A DNA stretch of 64,000 bases from an uncultured Acidobacteriota bacterium. GTDB taxonomy: Bacteria; Acidobacteriota; Terriglobia; Terriglobales; Acidobacteriaceae. The notes under the pieces were generated by a model that made no database searches, was not told where the DNA came from, and worked only from the letters and a program-made list of their open reading frames with translations. The stretch lies in NCBI GenBank assembly GCA_903832295.1, contig CAILAZ010000227.1, positions 12,998-76,997 of the forward strand, written 5' to 3'. Positions 18,655 through 26,964 of the stretch are shown here, one piece after another; the first letter of the stretch is position 1; the number at the start of each line of letters is the position of its first letter. Both the position numbers and the translations under genes were made by a program.

Positions 18655-21408
18655 GTGAAGAACGCGATTGCCGCCCTGATTCTCTCCATCGCCATCCTCA
18701 GCCCCGCCGCTGCCCAGGTCGTTCAGTTCCCCAGCAGCAAGGTGCTCTTCGCGCCCGCTCCCGGCTCTCCCCGCCGCACCAACAGCCTCCCTACGGCCAC
18801 CTCCGTCTCGCCGGACCAGCGCTACGTCGCCCTCCTCAACACCGGCTATGGCACCTCGGAGTCTCATCTCGGCCAGTCCATCACCCTGCTTGACCGCGCC
18901 ACCAACCAGCTCACCGACTTCGCCGACACGCGCCTCCGTCCCAAGTTCAAGCAGACCTACTTCTTCGGACTCGCCTTCAGCCCCAGCGGCACCGAACTCT
19001 ACGCCTCCGTCGCTTCCCTCTATGACCCCGAGGGCAAATCCGATGGCGGCACCGGCAGCGGCATCGCCGTCTATTCCTTCCATGACGGCAAGCTCGCCCC
19101 CTCCCGCTTCCTTAAGATTCCCGCGCCGCCGCTTCCCGCCGGAAAGAAGTTCCCCTCCAGGTCGCCGCTCGCCAAAGATCGCATGATCCCCTATCCCGCC
19201 GGTCTCGCCGTCCTTCCCGCAACCGCCGCCGCGCCTGAGCGCCTCCTCGTCGCCGGAAACCTCAGCGACCAGCTCTGGCTCATCGACGCTCACACCGGCG
19301 ACATCCTCAAGACCTTTGACCTCAGCGGCCAGCACACCGAGTGGATTCCCTCCACCATGCCCTACCAAGTCGCCACCGATGGCGATCACAAGGCCTGGGT
19401 CACTCTCTGGAACACCGCCGCCGTCGCTGAACTCGACCTTGCCACCGGCAGCGTCCTGATCATTGAGCTCGAAAAGCCCAAGGGCTCGCCTACCTCCTCC
19501 GGACACGCCACCGCCCTCCTCTACCACGCCGCCGCCCACAAGCTCTACATCACCCTCTCCAACATGGATGAGGTCGCCGTTCTCGACACCAATATCTACG
19601 CCGTCTCTCACATCGACGTCCGTCTCCCCAAGCAGCGCGCCGGAGGCGCATACCCCAACGCCCTCGCCCTCAGTCCCTCAGGCTCGCTCTACGTCGCAGA
19701 AGCCGGAACCAACTCCGTCGCCGTCCTCTCTCCCGCCGGTGCCGTCACCGGCTTCATCCCCACCGAGTACTACCCCACCGCCCTCGCCTTCGCCTCCGAT
19801 GAGCTCATCATCGCCAGCGGCAAGGGACGCGGCACCGGACCCAACAATGGCCCCCACGATCCCGAGTCCAGAAGAAAATCCTGGAAGTACGTCGCCGAGC
19901 TAACCTACGGCTCCGTCGCTCGCCTCCCGGAGAAGGGAATTGCTGCCGACCTCGCCGCCTATTCTGCCCAGGTCATGCGCAACAACCTCATCGCCGAGAC
20001 CCAGCCCCGCCTCGACTTTCACGCCAGCGGGCACCGCACCTCTCCCATCCACCACGTCATCTACATCATCAAAGAGAACCGGACCTACGATCAGATCTTC
20101 GGCGATCTCGAGGTCGGCGACGGCGACCGCTCGCTCGCCATGTTCGGGGAATCCATCACCCCCAACCACCACAAACTCGCCCGCCAGTTCGGAGTCCTCG
20201 ACAACTTCTACGACTCCGGCGAGATCAGCGGCAACGGACATGTCTGGTCCACCGCCGCCATCACCAGCGACTACACCGAAAAAATCTGGCCCATCAATTA
20301 CCGCAACAACCAGCGCTCCTACGACTTCGAGGGCATGGTCAACGGCGAGTATCCCATCCAGCAGCACATCGCTGACGTCGATGAGCCCTCCACCGGATAC
20401 CTCTGGGCCAACGCCGCCCGCGCTCACATCACCTACCGTCACTACGGAGAGTTCGTCAACACCGAGTGGTGCACGGACCCCGTCGCCGTCAACTCACCCG
20501 CCTCCACCGGAACCACCACCGGCCTCTGCGCCATAAAGTCCGTCGCTCCCGGCTCGCCGCTCCCCGCCGGACTCGGCACAACTCCCGGCAAGCCCAGCCC
20601 GTGGCCCTGGCCCGTCCCGCTCATCGCCAGCAACTTCCCCACCAAGCCTGAGCTGGTCGATCACTTCGATCCCCTCTTCGCCGACTTCCGCCTTGAGTAC
20701 CCCGACCAGTACCGCGCCGACGAATTCCTCCGCGAGTTCCAGTCCTTCGTCTCCGCCCGCCAGCGCCGTGACCGCGCCCACGAGCTTCCCAACCTCGTCG
20801 TCATGCGCCTCCCCAATGACCACACCTACGGAACCCGCCCCGGCATGCCCACTCCCCAGGCCTCCCTCAAAGACAACGACCTCGCCCTCGGCCGCATCGT
20901 GGAAGCCGTCTCCCACTCTCCCTATTGGGATGACACCGCCATCCTCGTCCTCGAAGACGACGCCCAGGACGGCCCCGACCACGTGGACGCCCACCGCTCC
21001 ATCGCTCTCGTCATCAGCAAGTACGCGCCCCGCGAAGCTCAACCCCGCGTCGAGCACGGCTTCTACACCACCGTCCACATGATCCGTACCCTCGAAGACC
21101 TCCTCGGCCTTCCTCCCATGAACCACAATGACTCGCTCGCCTCCCCCATCACCGGCCAGTTCTCCGGCAAAGGCGACCAGCCTCCCTACGAAGCCGACCG
21201 CACTCACGAAACCGACGGCAGCCTCTACGAAGCCAACGCACCCAATAACCGCGACGCAAAGACAAGTTCCAAACTCGACTTCAGCCACGAAGACAAAGCC
21301 GACCCCGCCAAGCTCAACGCAATCCTCTGGCGCGCCACCATGGGGCGTCAGCCAATGCCCAGGGCAAAGCACACCGTCATCCCCGCTTCCAGGGATCACG
21401 ACGACTGA
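18655..21408 (+). CDS. secreted beta-propeller + phosphoesterase (AcpA/phospholipase-C family) fusion protein
   Basis: ORF 18550..21408; the likely GTG start at 18655 gives VKNAIAALILSIAILSPAAAQ (signal peptide). The N-terminal half has lactonase-type propeller repeats (YVAEAGTNSVAVL). The C-terminal half has phosphoesterase motifs IIKENRTYDQIFGD and DDAQDGPDHVDAHRS. Confidence 0.7.
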   Translation: MKNAIAALILSIAILSPAAAQVVQFPSSKVLFAPAPGSPRRTNSLPTATSVSPDQRYVALLNTGYGTSESHLGQSITLLDRATNQLTDFADTRLRPKFKQTYFFGLAFSPSGTELYASVASLYDPEGKSDGGTGSGIAVYSFHDGKLAPSRFLKIPAPPLPAGKKFPSRSPLAKDRMIPYPAGLAVLPATAAAPERLLVAGNLSDQLWLIDAHTGDILKTFDLSGQHTEWIPSTMPYQVATDGDHKAWVTLWNTAAVAELDLATGSVLIIELEKPKGSPTSSGHATALLYHAAAHKLYITLSNMDEVAVLDTNIYAVSHIDVRLPKQRAGGAYPNALALSPSGSLYVAEAGTNSVAVLSPAGAVTGFIPTEYYPTALAFASDELIIASGKGRGTGPNNGPHDPESRRKSWKYVAELTYGSVARLPEKGIAADLAAYSAQVMRNNLIAETQPRLDFHASGHRTSPIHHVIYIIKENRTYDQIFGDLEVGDGDRSLAMFGESITPNHHKLARQFGVLDNFYDSGEISGNGHVWSTAAITSDYTEKIWPINYRNNQRSYDFEGMVNGEYPIQQHIADVDEPSTGYLWANAARAHITYRHYGEFVNTEWCTDPVAVNSPASTGTTTGLCAIKSVAPGSPLPAGLGTTPGKPSPWPWPVPLIASNFPTKPELVDHFDPLFADFRLEYPDQYRADEFLREFQSFVSARQRRDRAHELPNLVVMRLPNDHTYGTRPGMPTPQASLKDNDLALGRIVEAVSHSPYWDDTAILVLEDDAQDGPDHVDAHRSIALVISKYAPREAQPRVEHGFYTTVHMIRTLEDLLGLPPMNHNDSLASPITGQFSGKGDQPPYEADRTHETDGSLYEANAPNNRDAKTSSKLDFSHEDKADPAKLNAILWRATMGRQPMPRAKHTVIPASRDHDD

Positions 21409-21475
21409 CGCGGAACCGCGTGGTCTCCAAAGTCAGTGTTCAAGTGTTTCGGGGGGAGCTGGAAGGTTAATGGAA

Positions 21476-21620
21476 GGGTCAATAGAAACTATGTACTGTT
21501 GGGTCAACCAAATGTCACAAAATCTCTGACCAGATGGTCAATCGTATCGGACTGGGCTCAACCATATACCGAAAGGTAACTACAGCGTTTTCAACGATTG
21601 ACCTCCTCGTCAATCGTTGA
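21476..21620. repeat. GGTCAAY motif array, TGACCA-GA-TGGTCA palindrome and a perfect 12-bp-stem inverted repeat
   Basis: GGGTCAAT 21476-21483, GGGTCAAC 21501-21508, TGACCAGATGGTCAAT 21527-21542, and TCAACGATTGAC-CTCCTC-GTCAATCGTTGA 21591-21620. No flanking U-run on either strand. Confidence 0.5.
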
Positions 21621-21633
21621 ACGCCCTGCGAAT

Positions 21634-21975
21634 CTACCCGGTTCTGCGCGTTTCCGCGGTCATTTCGTTGATTGCCGTGTCCAGTGCGCGCCCCAGGTGG
21701 TTCGCGCGAGCAGTGTATTCGCCCTCAATCGCATCGTACTTGCGTTTCAGCTGGTAGTAGTCATCCACAATGTTGATCGCTGCCAGCACCGCCACCCGCA
21801 GCGAATCCACCGTCGCCGTGTGCTGCGCCACCGCTCTCATCTTGGCATCTACCACCTCGGCCAGCCGCTGAATGTAGGCTGGGTCCGAGCCTCTCAGATG
21901 GTAGCTCTCATCGTAAATCTCCACCCGGATGCTGCTGTTGTCATCGGCCAATCGCTCTCTCGCTTTCATCGCCAA
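21634..21975 (-). CDS. zapA: cell division protein ZapA
   Basis: 113 aa: RVEIYDESYHLRGSDPAYIQRLAEVVDAKMRAV...LRVAVLAAINIVDDY, a typical ZapA layout. Confidence 0.8.
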   Translation of the reverse strand: MAMKARERLADDNSSIRVEIYDESYHLRGSDPAYIQRLAEVVDAKMRAVAQHTATVDSLRVAVLAAINIVDDYYQLKRKYDAIEGEYTARANHLGRALDTAINEMTAETRRTG

Positions 21976-22022
21976 CCCCGCGTTTTACGCACCTTTGCCG
22001 CGCATCTGTGCTCAGCGCCTTC

Positions 22023-22319
22023 CTACTCTTCCAGGATGGCGTCCACATCTCCCAGCAGCTTCTCCATCCGCGTGCGAACCTCGGCCCGCTCCTGCTGTAG
22101 CGCCTGCAATTCCTTGCGCACCGCCTCGGTCTCCCCGGCCTGCGCTTCCATCATCTCGCGCATCGTCACCACCTCCAGCTCCGCTGCCGCCTTCTGCGAG
22201 CGTGCCGCCTTCAGCAGTTCGATGGTGCGGTATATCTTCTCTTCCAGCGCCTGGAAATCGCTGCTGGAGCTCTCAAATGCAAGCTGCCCTTCTGCCATCG
22301 AAGCCATCAGTCCCCTCAT
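22023..22319 (-). CDS. coiled-coil cell-division protein (ZapB-like)
   Basis: ORF 22023..22598 trimmed. Candidate ATGs at 22319, 22307 and 22298 (MRGLMASMAEGQ...). The E/K/Q/A-rich heptad sequence and position directly upstream of zapA support the call. Start uncertain. Confidence 0.55.
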   Translation of the reverse strand: MRGLMASMAEGQLAFESSSSDFQALEEKIYRTIELLKAARSQKAAAELEVVTMREMMEAQAGETEAVRKELQALQQERAEVRTRMEKLLGDVDAILEE

Positions 22320-22344
22320 CTTCTCGAACTTTTGGAAAGCTCGA

Positions 22345-22523
22345 ACTTCCGGAAGTATAACGCAGAAAAGCGCGTTGCAATCAGCGCTTCCCTGCCGCCA
22401 TCCCTGTTCCCCGCTCCCCGCGCAGGGTTGCCGCACCTTCACCAAAGCCGCTGCCCGCGCTAAAATTAGCAATTCCGGAAGAACGCGCAAGAAGTTTTGT
22501 GCAACCCCGCCGCCTCCGGAAGT
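22345..22523. promoter_or_regulatory. three TCCGGAAG-core motifs in the zapB|M48 divergent spacer
   Basis: A perfect 12-bp palindrome ACTTCCGGAAGT 22345-22356 lies next to a minus-strand TATACT -10-like hexamer. TTCCGGAA is at 22473-22480 and TCCGGAAGT at 22515-22523. There is also a direct repeat CTCGAACTT at 22323-22331 and 22340-22348. Confidence 0.4.
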
Positions 22524-22567
22524 TCTAATATGGGTAAGGCTAGCCACAGCCTGAGAAGGCACCGACC

Positions 22568-23614
22568 ATGAGAACAAAGATCGCGCTGCTGCTGACATTG
22601 ACTCTCGCGCTCGTCCCCTACGGGCTAGCCGGCGACAAGACCGATAAACCAGAGAAGACGGACGAGAAGAGCGAGTTGGACTTTCCTCATGACGGGAAGA
22701 CCGACGACGTGAACGCGATTGGGAATCGAAACGTGGGATGCAGCAAGGGACTGGGCAACTGGTACTCGCTGGAGAGCCAGGTCTCCATGGGCAAGAGCTT
22801 CGCCATGCAGGTGGAGCAGAGCGCCAAGGTCATCAACGATCCGGTGGTCAGTGAATACGTCAATCGCATCGCGCAGAACATCGTGCGCAACTCTGACGCC
22901 AAGGTTCCCTTCACCGTCAAGGTGCTCGACGACGATTCAGTAAATGCCTTTGCCTTGCCCGGTGGATACTTCTACGTGCAGAGCGGATTGATTCTTGCCG
23001 CTGACAATGAAGCCGAACTTGCCGGAGTGATGGCGCATGAGATCGCGCATGTAGCTGCATGCCATGCGGCCCGCCAGGTGACTCGCGGCAACCTCGCGAA
23101 TCTCGCATCGATTCCGCTCATCTTCCTCGGTGGCGGCCTGGGTTACGGATTGTATGAAGCTGCCGGCATCGGCGTGCCTCTGACGTTCATGAAGTTCCAG
23201 CGCAACTTTGAAGCTCAGGCAGACTACCTCGGCGTGCAGTATCTCTACGCCAGCGGCTACGACCCGCAGGCCTTCCCGCAGTTCTTCGAAAAAATCCAGG
23301 CGCTCGAAAAAAAGAAGCCCGGCTTTGTAGCCAAGGCCTTTGAGACACATCCGCCTACGCCCGCGCGCATGGAACACACGCAGCATGAGATTGCCACCAT
23401 CCTTCCCGCAAAGCCGCAGTACGTGGAAGACACCTCTGAGTTCCAGGACGTGAAGGCCCGGCTCGCAGCGCTGGAGAATCGCCGCAAGGTTGATCAGGGC
23501 AAAGACAAGGGACCGAGCCTTCGCCGCGCAAACACCAGCCAGGGCGATAGTACAAATCCGGATGACCAGACCAAGAGCACGGATGATCGACCCACGTTAA
23601 AGCGCAGGGATTAA
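22568..23614 (+). CDS. secreted M48-family zinc metalloprotease (BepA-like, no TPR seen)
   Basis: Signal peptide, HEIAHV zinc motif, and C-terminal THPPTPARM. Confidence 0.8.
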   Translation: MRTKIALLLTLTLALVPYGLAGDKTDKPEKTDEKSELDFPHDGKTDDVNAIGNRNVGCSKGLGNWYSLESQVSMGKSFAMQVEQSAKVINDPVVSEYVNRIAQNIVRNSDAKVPFTVKVLDDDSVNAFALPGGYFYVQSGLILAADNEAELAGVMAHEIAHVAACHAARQVTRGNLANLASIPLIFLGGGLGYGLYEAAGIGVPLTFMKFQRNFEAQADYLGVQYLYASGYDPQAFPQFFEKIQALEKKKPGFVAKAFETHPPTPARMEHTQHEIATILPAKPQYVEDTSEFQDVKARLAALENRRKVDQGKDKGPSLRRANTSQGDSTNPDDQTKSTDDRPTLKRRD

Positions 23615-23638
23615 GACTGTAAGCAAGTGGACTCACCG

Positions 23639-23663
23639 AGCCTCGCGGCAACGCGAGGCTTTT
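23639..23663 (+). terminator. intrinsic terminator after the M48 gene
   Basis: AGCCTCGCG (23639-23647), loop GCAA, CGCGAGGCT (23652-23660), then TTTC. Confidence 0.65.
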
Positions 23664-23675
23664 CATCGCGCAGAA

Positions 23676-24533
23676 TCACAGCCCGGCTTCGATGCGTGAT
23701 CGCGGATCGAGAAAATCGCGCATCGCGTCTCCCACAAAATTGAAGGCGAGCACTGCGAGCATCACGGCCCCGGCGGGGAACAGGATGACGTGAGGCGAGT
23801 CGAACAGATGCGATCGTCCGTCGTTCAGCATCGCACCCCAGCTTGGCACCGGTGGAGGAACACCGAGACCCAGAAAGCTCATCGTGCCTTCCGCCAGGAT
23901 CGCTCCCGCCATGCCGATTGCCGCCTGCACAATCACCGGCTGCATGATGTTCGGCAGAATGTGGCGCGCGAGAATCCGGAAGTCGGTGGCGCCCAGGGCA
24001 CGTGCGGCTTCCACATATTCCCGCTCCCGCGCTGCCAGCACCTGCGCGCGCACCAGCCGGGCGTAGCCAACCCACCCCCCGACAATCAGCGCGAGAATCA
24101 GGTTGTAGAGCCCCGGGCCGAGGAAGGCGACGAATGCGATGGCCAGCAGGATTCCCGGAAAGGAGAGAAACGCGTTCATCACGATGACGTTGATGAAGCG
24201 GTCCAGCCTCCCACCGTAATACCCCGCGAGCGAGCCAACCAGCGTGCCCAGCAGCAGCGATCCGGAGACCACGGAGATTCCCACCAGCATGGAGATGCGC
24301 GCACCGAAGAGGATGCGCGAGAGAATGTCGCGCCCAAGTTCATCGGTGCCGAACAGATGATGCGCGGATGGCGCCTGCAGTCGCGCCGCCAGTTCGATGG
24401 ATGCCGGATCACGTGGAGCAACCAGCGGCCCAAAGAGAGCGCATAGAATGAAGAGCACGATGAGCGCTGCTCCGAAGAGCGCGAGCGGGTTGCGAAGAAA
24501 CGCACGCGCCAGATTCGAGGTGGCCGGATTCAT
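23676..24533 (-). CDS. ABC transporter permease (DppC/OppC-like)
   Basis: 285 aa with an N-terminal OppC-type segment and the EAA-loop region AARALGATDFRILARHILPN. Confidence 0.88.
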   Translation of the reverse strand: MNPATSNLARAFLRNPLALFGAALIVLFILCALFGPLVAPRDPASIELAARLQAPSAHHLFGTDELGRDILSRILFGARISMLVGISVVSGSLLLGTLVGSLAGYYGGRLDRFINVIVMNAFLSFPGILLAIAFVAFLGPGLYNLILALIVGGWVGYARLVRAQVLAAREREYVEAARALGATDFRILARHILPNIMQPVIVQAAIGMAGAILAEGTMSFLGLGVPPPVPSWGAMLNDGRSHLFDSPHVILFPAGAVMLAVLAFNFVGDAMRDFLDPRSRIEAGL

Positions 24534-24541
24534 GCGCGCTC

Positions 24542-25459
24542 CTACTGCCTGATCCGCGGATTCAGCGCGGAGTAGAGAATGTCTGTAAGGAAGTTGACCG
24601 CCACGTAGGTGAGGCCGATGCAGAGCAGGCAGCCTTGCACCAGCGAGTAGTCGCGGTTATTGATGGCGCTGATGGTGAGGCGTCCGATGCCTGGCCACGC
24701 GAAGATCGTTTCGGTCACGATGGCGCCCGCCAGCAGCGCGCCAAACTGGAGGCCAATCACCGTGACCACCGGGATCATCGCATTGCGCAACGCGTGCCGA
24801 TAGACAACACTGCGCTCGCTTAGCCCCTTGGCGCGCGCCGTGCGGATGTAGTCCTGGCCGAGTTCCTCCAGCATGCTGGTGCGCACCATGCGCGTGAGAA
24901 TCGCGGCCAGCGAGGCTCCCATCGTAACTGCCGGAAGCACGAGGCTGCGCCACGAGACCGCGCCGGAGACCGGCAGCAGATCGAGCTTGATCGCAAACAG
25001 CAGGATGAGGATCGGCCCCAGTGCAAAATTGGGGAACGAGAGTCCGAGCAGACTGACGAAGCCAAGCACGCGGTCGTCCCACCGATTGCGCCGAGTCGCC
25101 GAGCGAACTCCCGCGGGAATCGAGAGAAGTATCGCCACCAGCAGCGCAGAGAGAGTCAGCGACAGCGTGGCCGGATACGCCTGAACGATCAGGTCCCTGA
25201 CTGGTTTATTGAGGCGGATCGACTTGCCGAGATCGCCGTGGAAGACCCCGCCCCAGTAGCGCAGATACTGCGTGGGAAGAGGCACGTCGAGGTTATAGGC
25301 ATGTCGCGCGGCCTGAATGTCCGCGCCGGCTGCGCCCTCGCCGAGCATCGCCTGGATCGGGTCTCCGGGTACAAGATGGATCAGCAGAAAGACGACGCTT
25401 ACCACCAGCCAGAGGACGGGCAGCATATACCCCATGCGCGTGAGGAGCCGCCGGATCAC
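24542..25459 (-). CDS. ABC transporter permease (DppB/OppB-like)
   Basis: 305 aa, GTG start with a GTGA overlap on the upstream gene stop. EAA-loop region YIRTARAKGLSERSVVYRHALRNA. Confidence 0.88.
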   Translation of the reverse strand: MIRRLLTRMGYMLPVLWLVVSVVFLLIHLVPGDPIQAMLGEGAAGADIQAARHAYNLDVPLPTQYLRYWGGVFHGDLGKSIRLNKPVRDLIVQAYPATLSLTLSALLVAILLSIPAGVRSATRRNRWDDRVLGFVSLLGLSFPNFALGPILILLFAIKLDLLPVSGAVSWRSLVLPAVTMGASLAAILTRMVRTSMLEELGQDYIRTARAKGLSERSVVYRHALRNAMIPVVTVIGLQFGALLAGAIVTETIFAWPGIGRLTISAINNRDYSLVQGCLLCIGLTYVAVNFLTDILYSALNPRIRQ

Positions 25460-26835
25460 TCGCCTACCCCGGCCACGTCGGAGAGCAGATCGACCTTCAC
25501 CGCCCCGACGCGGCGACCTTCCATCTCCATCACCGTGAAGCGCCGCTGCTGGTAAAGAAAGCTGTCGCCCGGTTTAGGAATGCGTTGCAACTTGGCGACG
25601 ACGAATCCCGCGAGGGTTTCAAAGCCCTCGTCGCGCGGCAGCAGCAGATTGTGCTGAGACTCTAAATCCCGGATGTTGAGCGCAGCATCAAGCACCAGCG
25701 AAGCCGGATTGCCGTGATTGGTGTGGGCGACCACATCGAACTCGTCTTCAATCTCTCCGACAAGCTGCTCCAGAACGTCTTCGACGCTGACGACGCCAGC
25801 AGTGGAACCATACTCATCAACGACCACGGCCAAATGGCGGCGGCGATGCTTGAACTCGTCAAGCAGGTCCGGCAGTGGCTTGGTCTCGGGAACAACAAGC
25901 ACGTCGCGCATGATGTGGCGGATGGCGAGCGTGGGTTGCGCCGGCAGCGGGCCGGTGGCGCTCTGCGCGCGCTGCAGGCGGAACTGCATCCAGCGCATCA
26001 GGTCCTTGGAGTAGAGCACGCCGATGATTGCCTCAGGCCCGCGGGCCGCGTCATAAACAGGGATGCGCGAATGCTGCTCCTCCACCACGCGTGAAACCGC
26101 CTCTTCGAGCGGCATGTCGCCGGGCAATGAAAAAATATCGGGGCGTGGCACCATGATCTCACGCACTGTGATCGTCTCTAGATCGAGCGCATTATGGAGA
26201 AGTTCCTGCTGCACGCTGGTGATGAGTCCGTAGCGATGCGAGGCGGTGACGCTGAGCTTCAGTTCCTCGGGCGTGTGCACGCCGCCCTCACGGATGTGAT
26301 TCCAGCCAAAGGAGCGCAGCACGAAGCGCGAAGAAGCAGCCATGGTACGCGTGACCGGACTGAAGATGGTGATGAAGACATCGAGCGGTCCGGCGACGGC
26401 GAGCCCAACCTGCTCTGCCTTTTGCAGTGCGATGGACTTGGGAACGACCTCGCCAAGTATGACGTGCAGGTAGGTGATGGAAGTGAAGGCCAGCACTGTG
26501 GCCAAAGCGTGCGCATAGAGGACGGCGTGCGGCAAGCGCGCGAGTGGGACTTCCAGGAGGTGAGCCATGGACTCTTCGCCGATCCAGCCCAGAGCAAGGC
26601 TGGCCATGGTGACGCCGATCTGGATCCCGTTGAGAACTTCATCGAGCTTGTTGTGGAGTTTGCGGATCGTTCGGGCACCGATCCGGCCCTCGTCTATGAG
26701 CTGTTGCAGGCGCGTGTCGCGGATGCTGACCAGCGCGTATTCGCCGGCTGCAAAGAAGGCGTTGCCCGCCACGAGCAGGATCACGGCGATGATCCGCATA
26801 AGCACATAGGTGAACAAGGCTCGGTCGCTCCCCAA
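25456..26835 (-). CDS. CNNM/TlyC-family protein (DUF21 + CBS pair + CorC_HlyC)
   Basis: 459 aa with N-terminal 4-TM DUF21, a tandem CBS region and a C-terminal transporter-associated domain (FTVMEMEGRRVGAVKV). Confidence 0.85.
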   Translation of the reverse strand: MGSDRALFTYVLMRIIAVILLVAGNAFFAAGEYALVSIRDTRLQQLIDEGRIGARTIRKLHNKLDEVLNGIQIGVTMASLALGWIGEESMAHLLEVPLARLPHAVLYAHALATVLAFTSITYLHVILGEVVPKSIALQKAEQVGLAVAGPLDVFITIFSPVTRTMAASSRFVLRSFGWNHIREGGVHTPEELKLSVTASHRYGLITSVQQELLHNALDLETITVREIMVPRPDIFSLPGDMPLEEAVSRVVEEQHSRIPVYDAARGPEAIIGVLYSKDLMRWMQFRLQRAQSATGPLPAQPTLAIRHIMRDVLVVPETKPLPDLLDEFKHRRRHLAVVVDEYGSTAGVVSVEDVLEQLVGEIEDEFDVVAHTNHGNPASLVLDAALNIRDLESQHNLLLPRDEGFETLAGFVVAKLQRIPKPGDSFLYQQRRFTVMEMEGRRVGAVKVDLLSDVAGVGE

Positions 26836-26964
26836 AAGAACTGGTAGAGATGGATTTTATCAGTGCGGGGAAGATTCAGTGGAACCGCAAGAATCCGGTC
26901 CACGTACATGACAGTGTGCGCAGACTGCGCGAGTGATGCCCTGTTGAGGATTGGGGAGGCAGAA

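Noticed and set aside
21409-21633. 6S RNA (ssrS) downstream of zapA, by analogy with the zapA-ssrS linkage in gamma-proteobacteria
   Set aside because: By eye I could not find the long closing stem and central bubble expected of 6S RNA. The region is dominated by short repeated motifs instead. It needs cmscan and is reported only as a motif array.
22320-22567. A canonical oriC at the composition break
   Set aside because: The spacer is only 248 bp and not AT-rich. It contains at best two 7/9 DnaA-box matches (CTAGCCACA at about 22540-22548, TGTGCAACC at about 22497-22505), and no dnaA/dnaN/parAB genes are nearby. The skew switch is reported, but the origin interpretation is left open.
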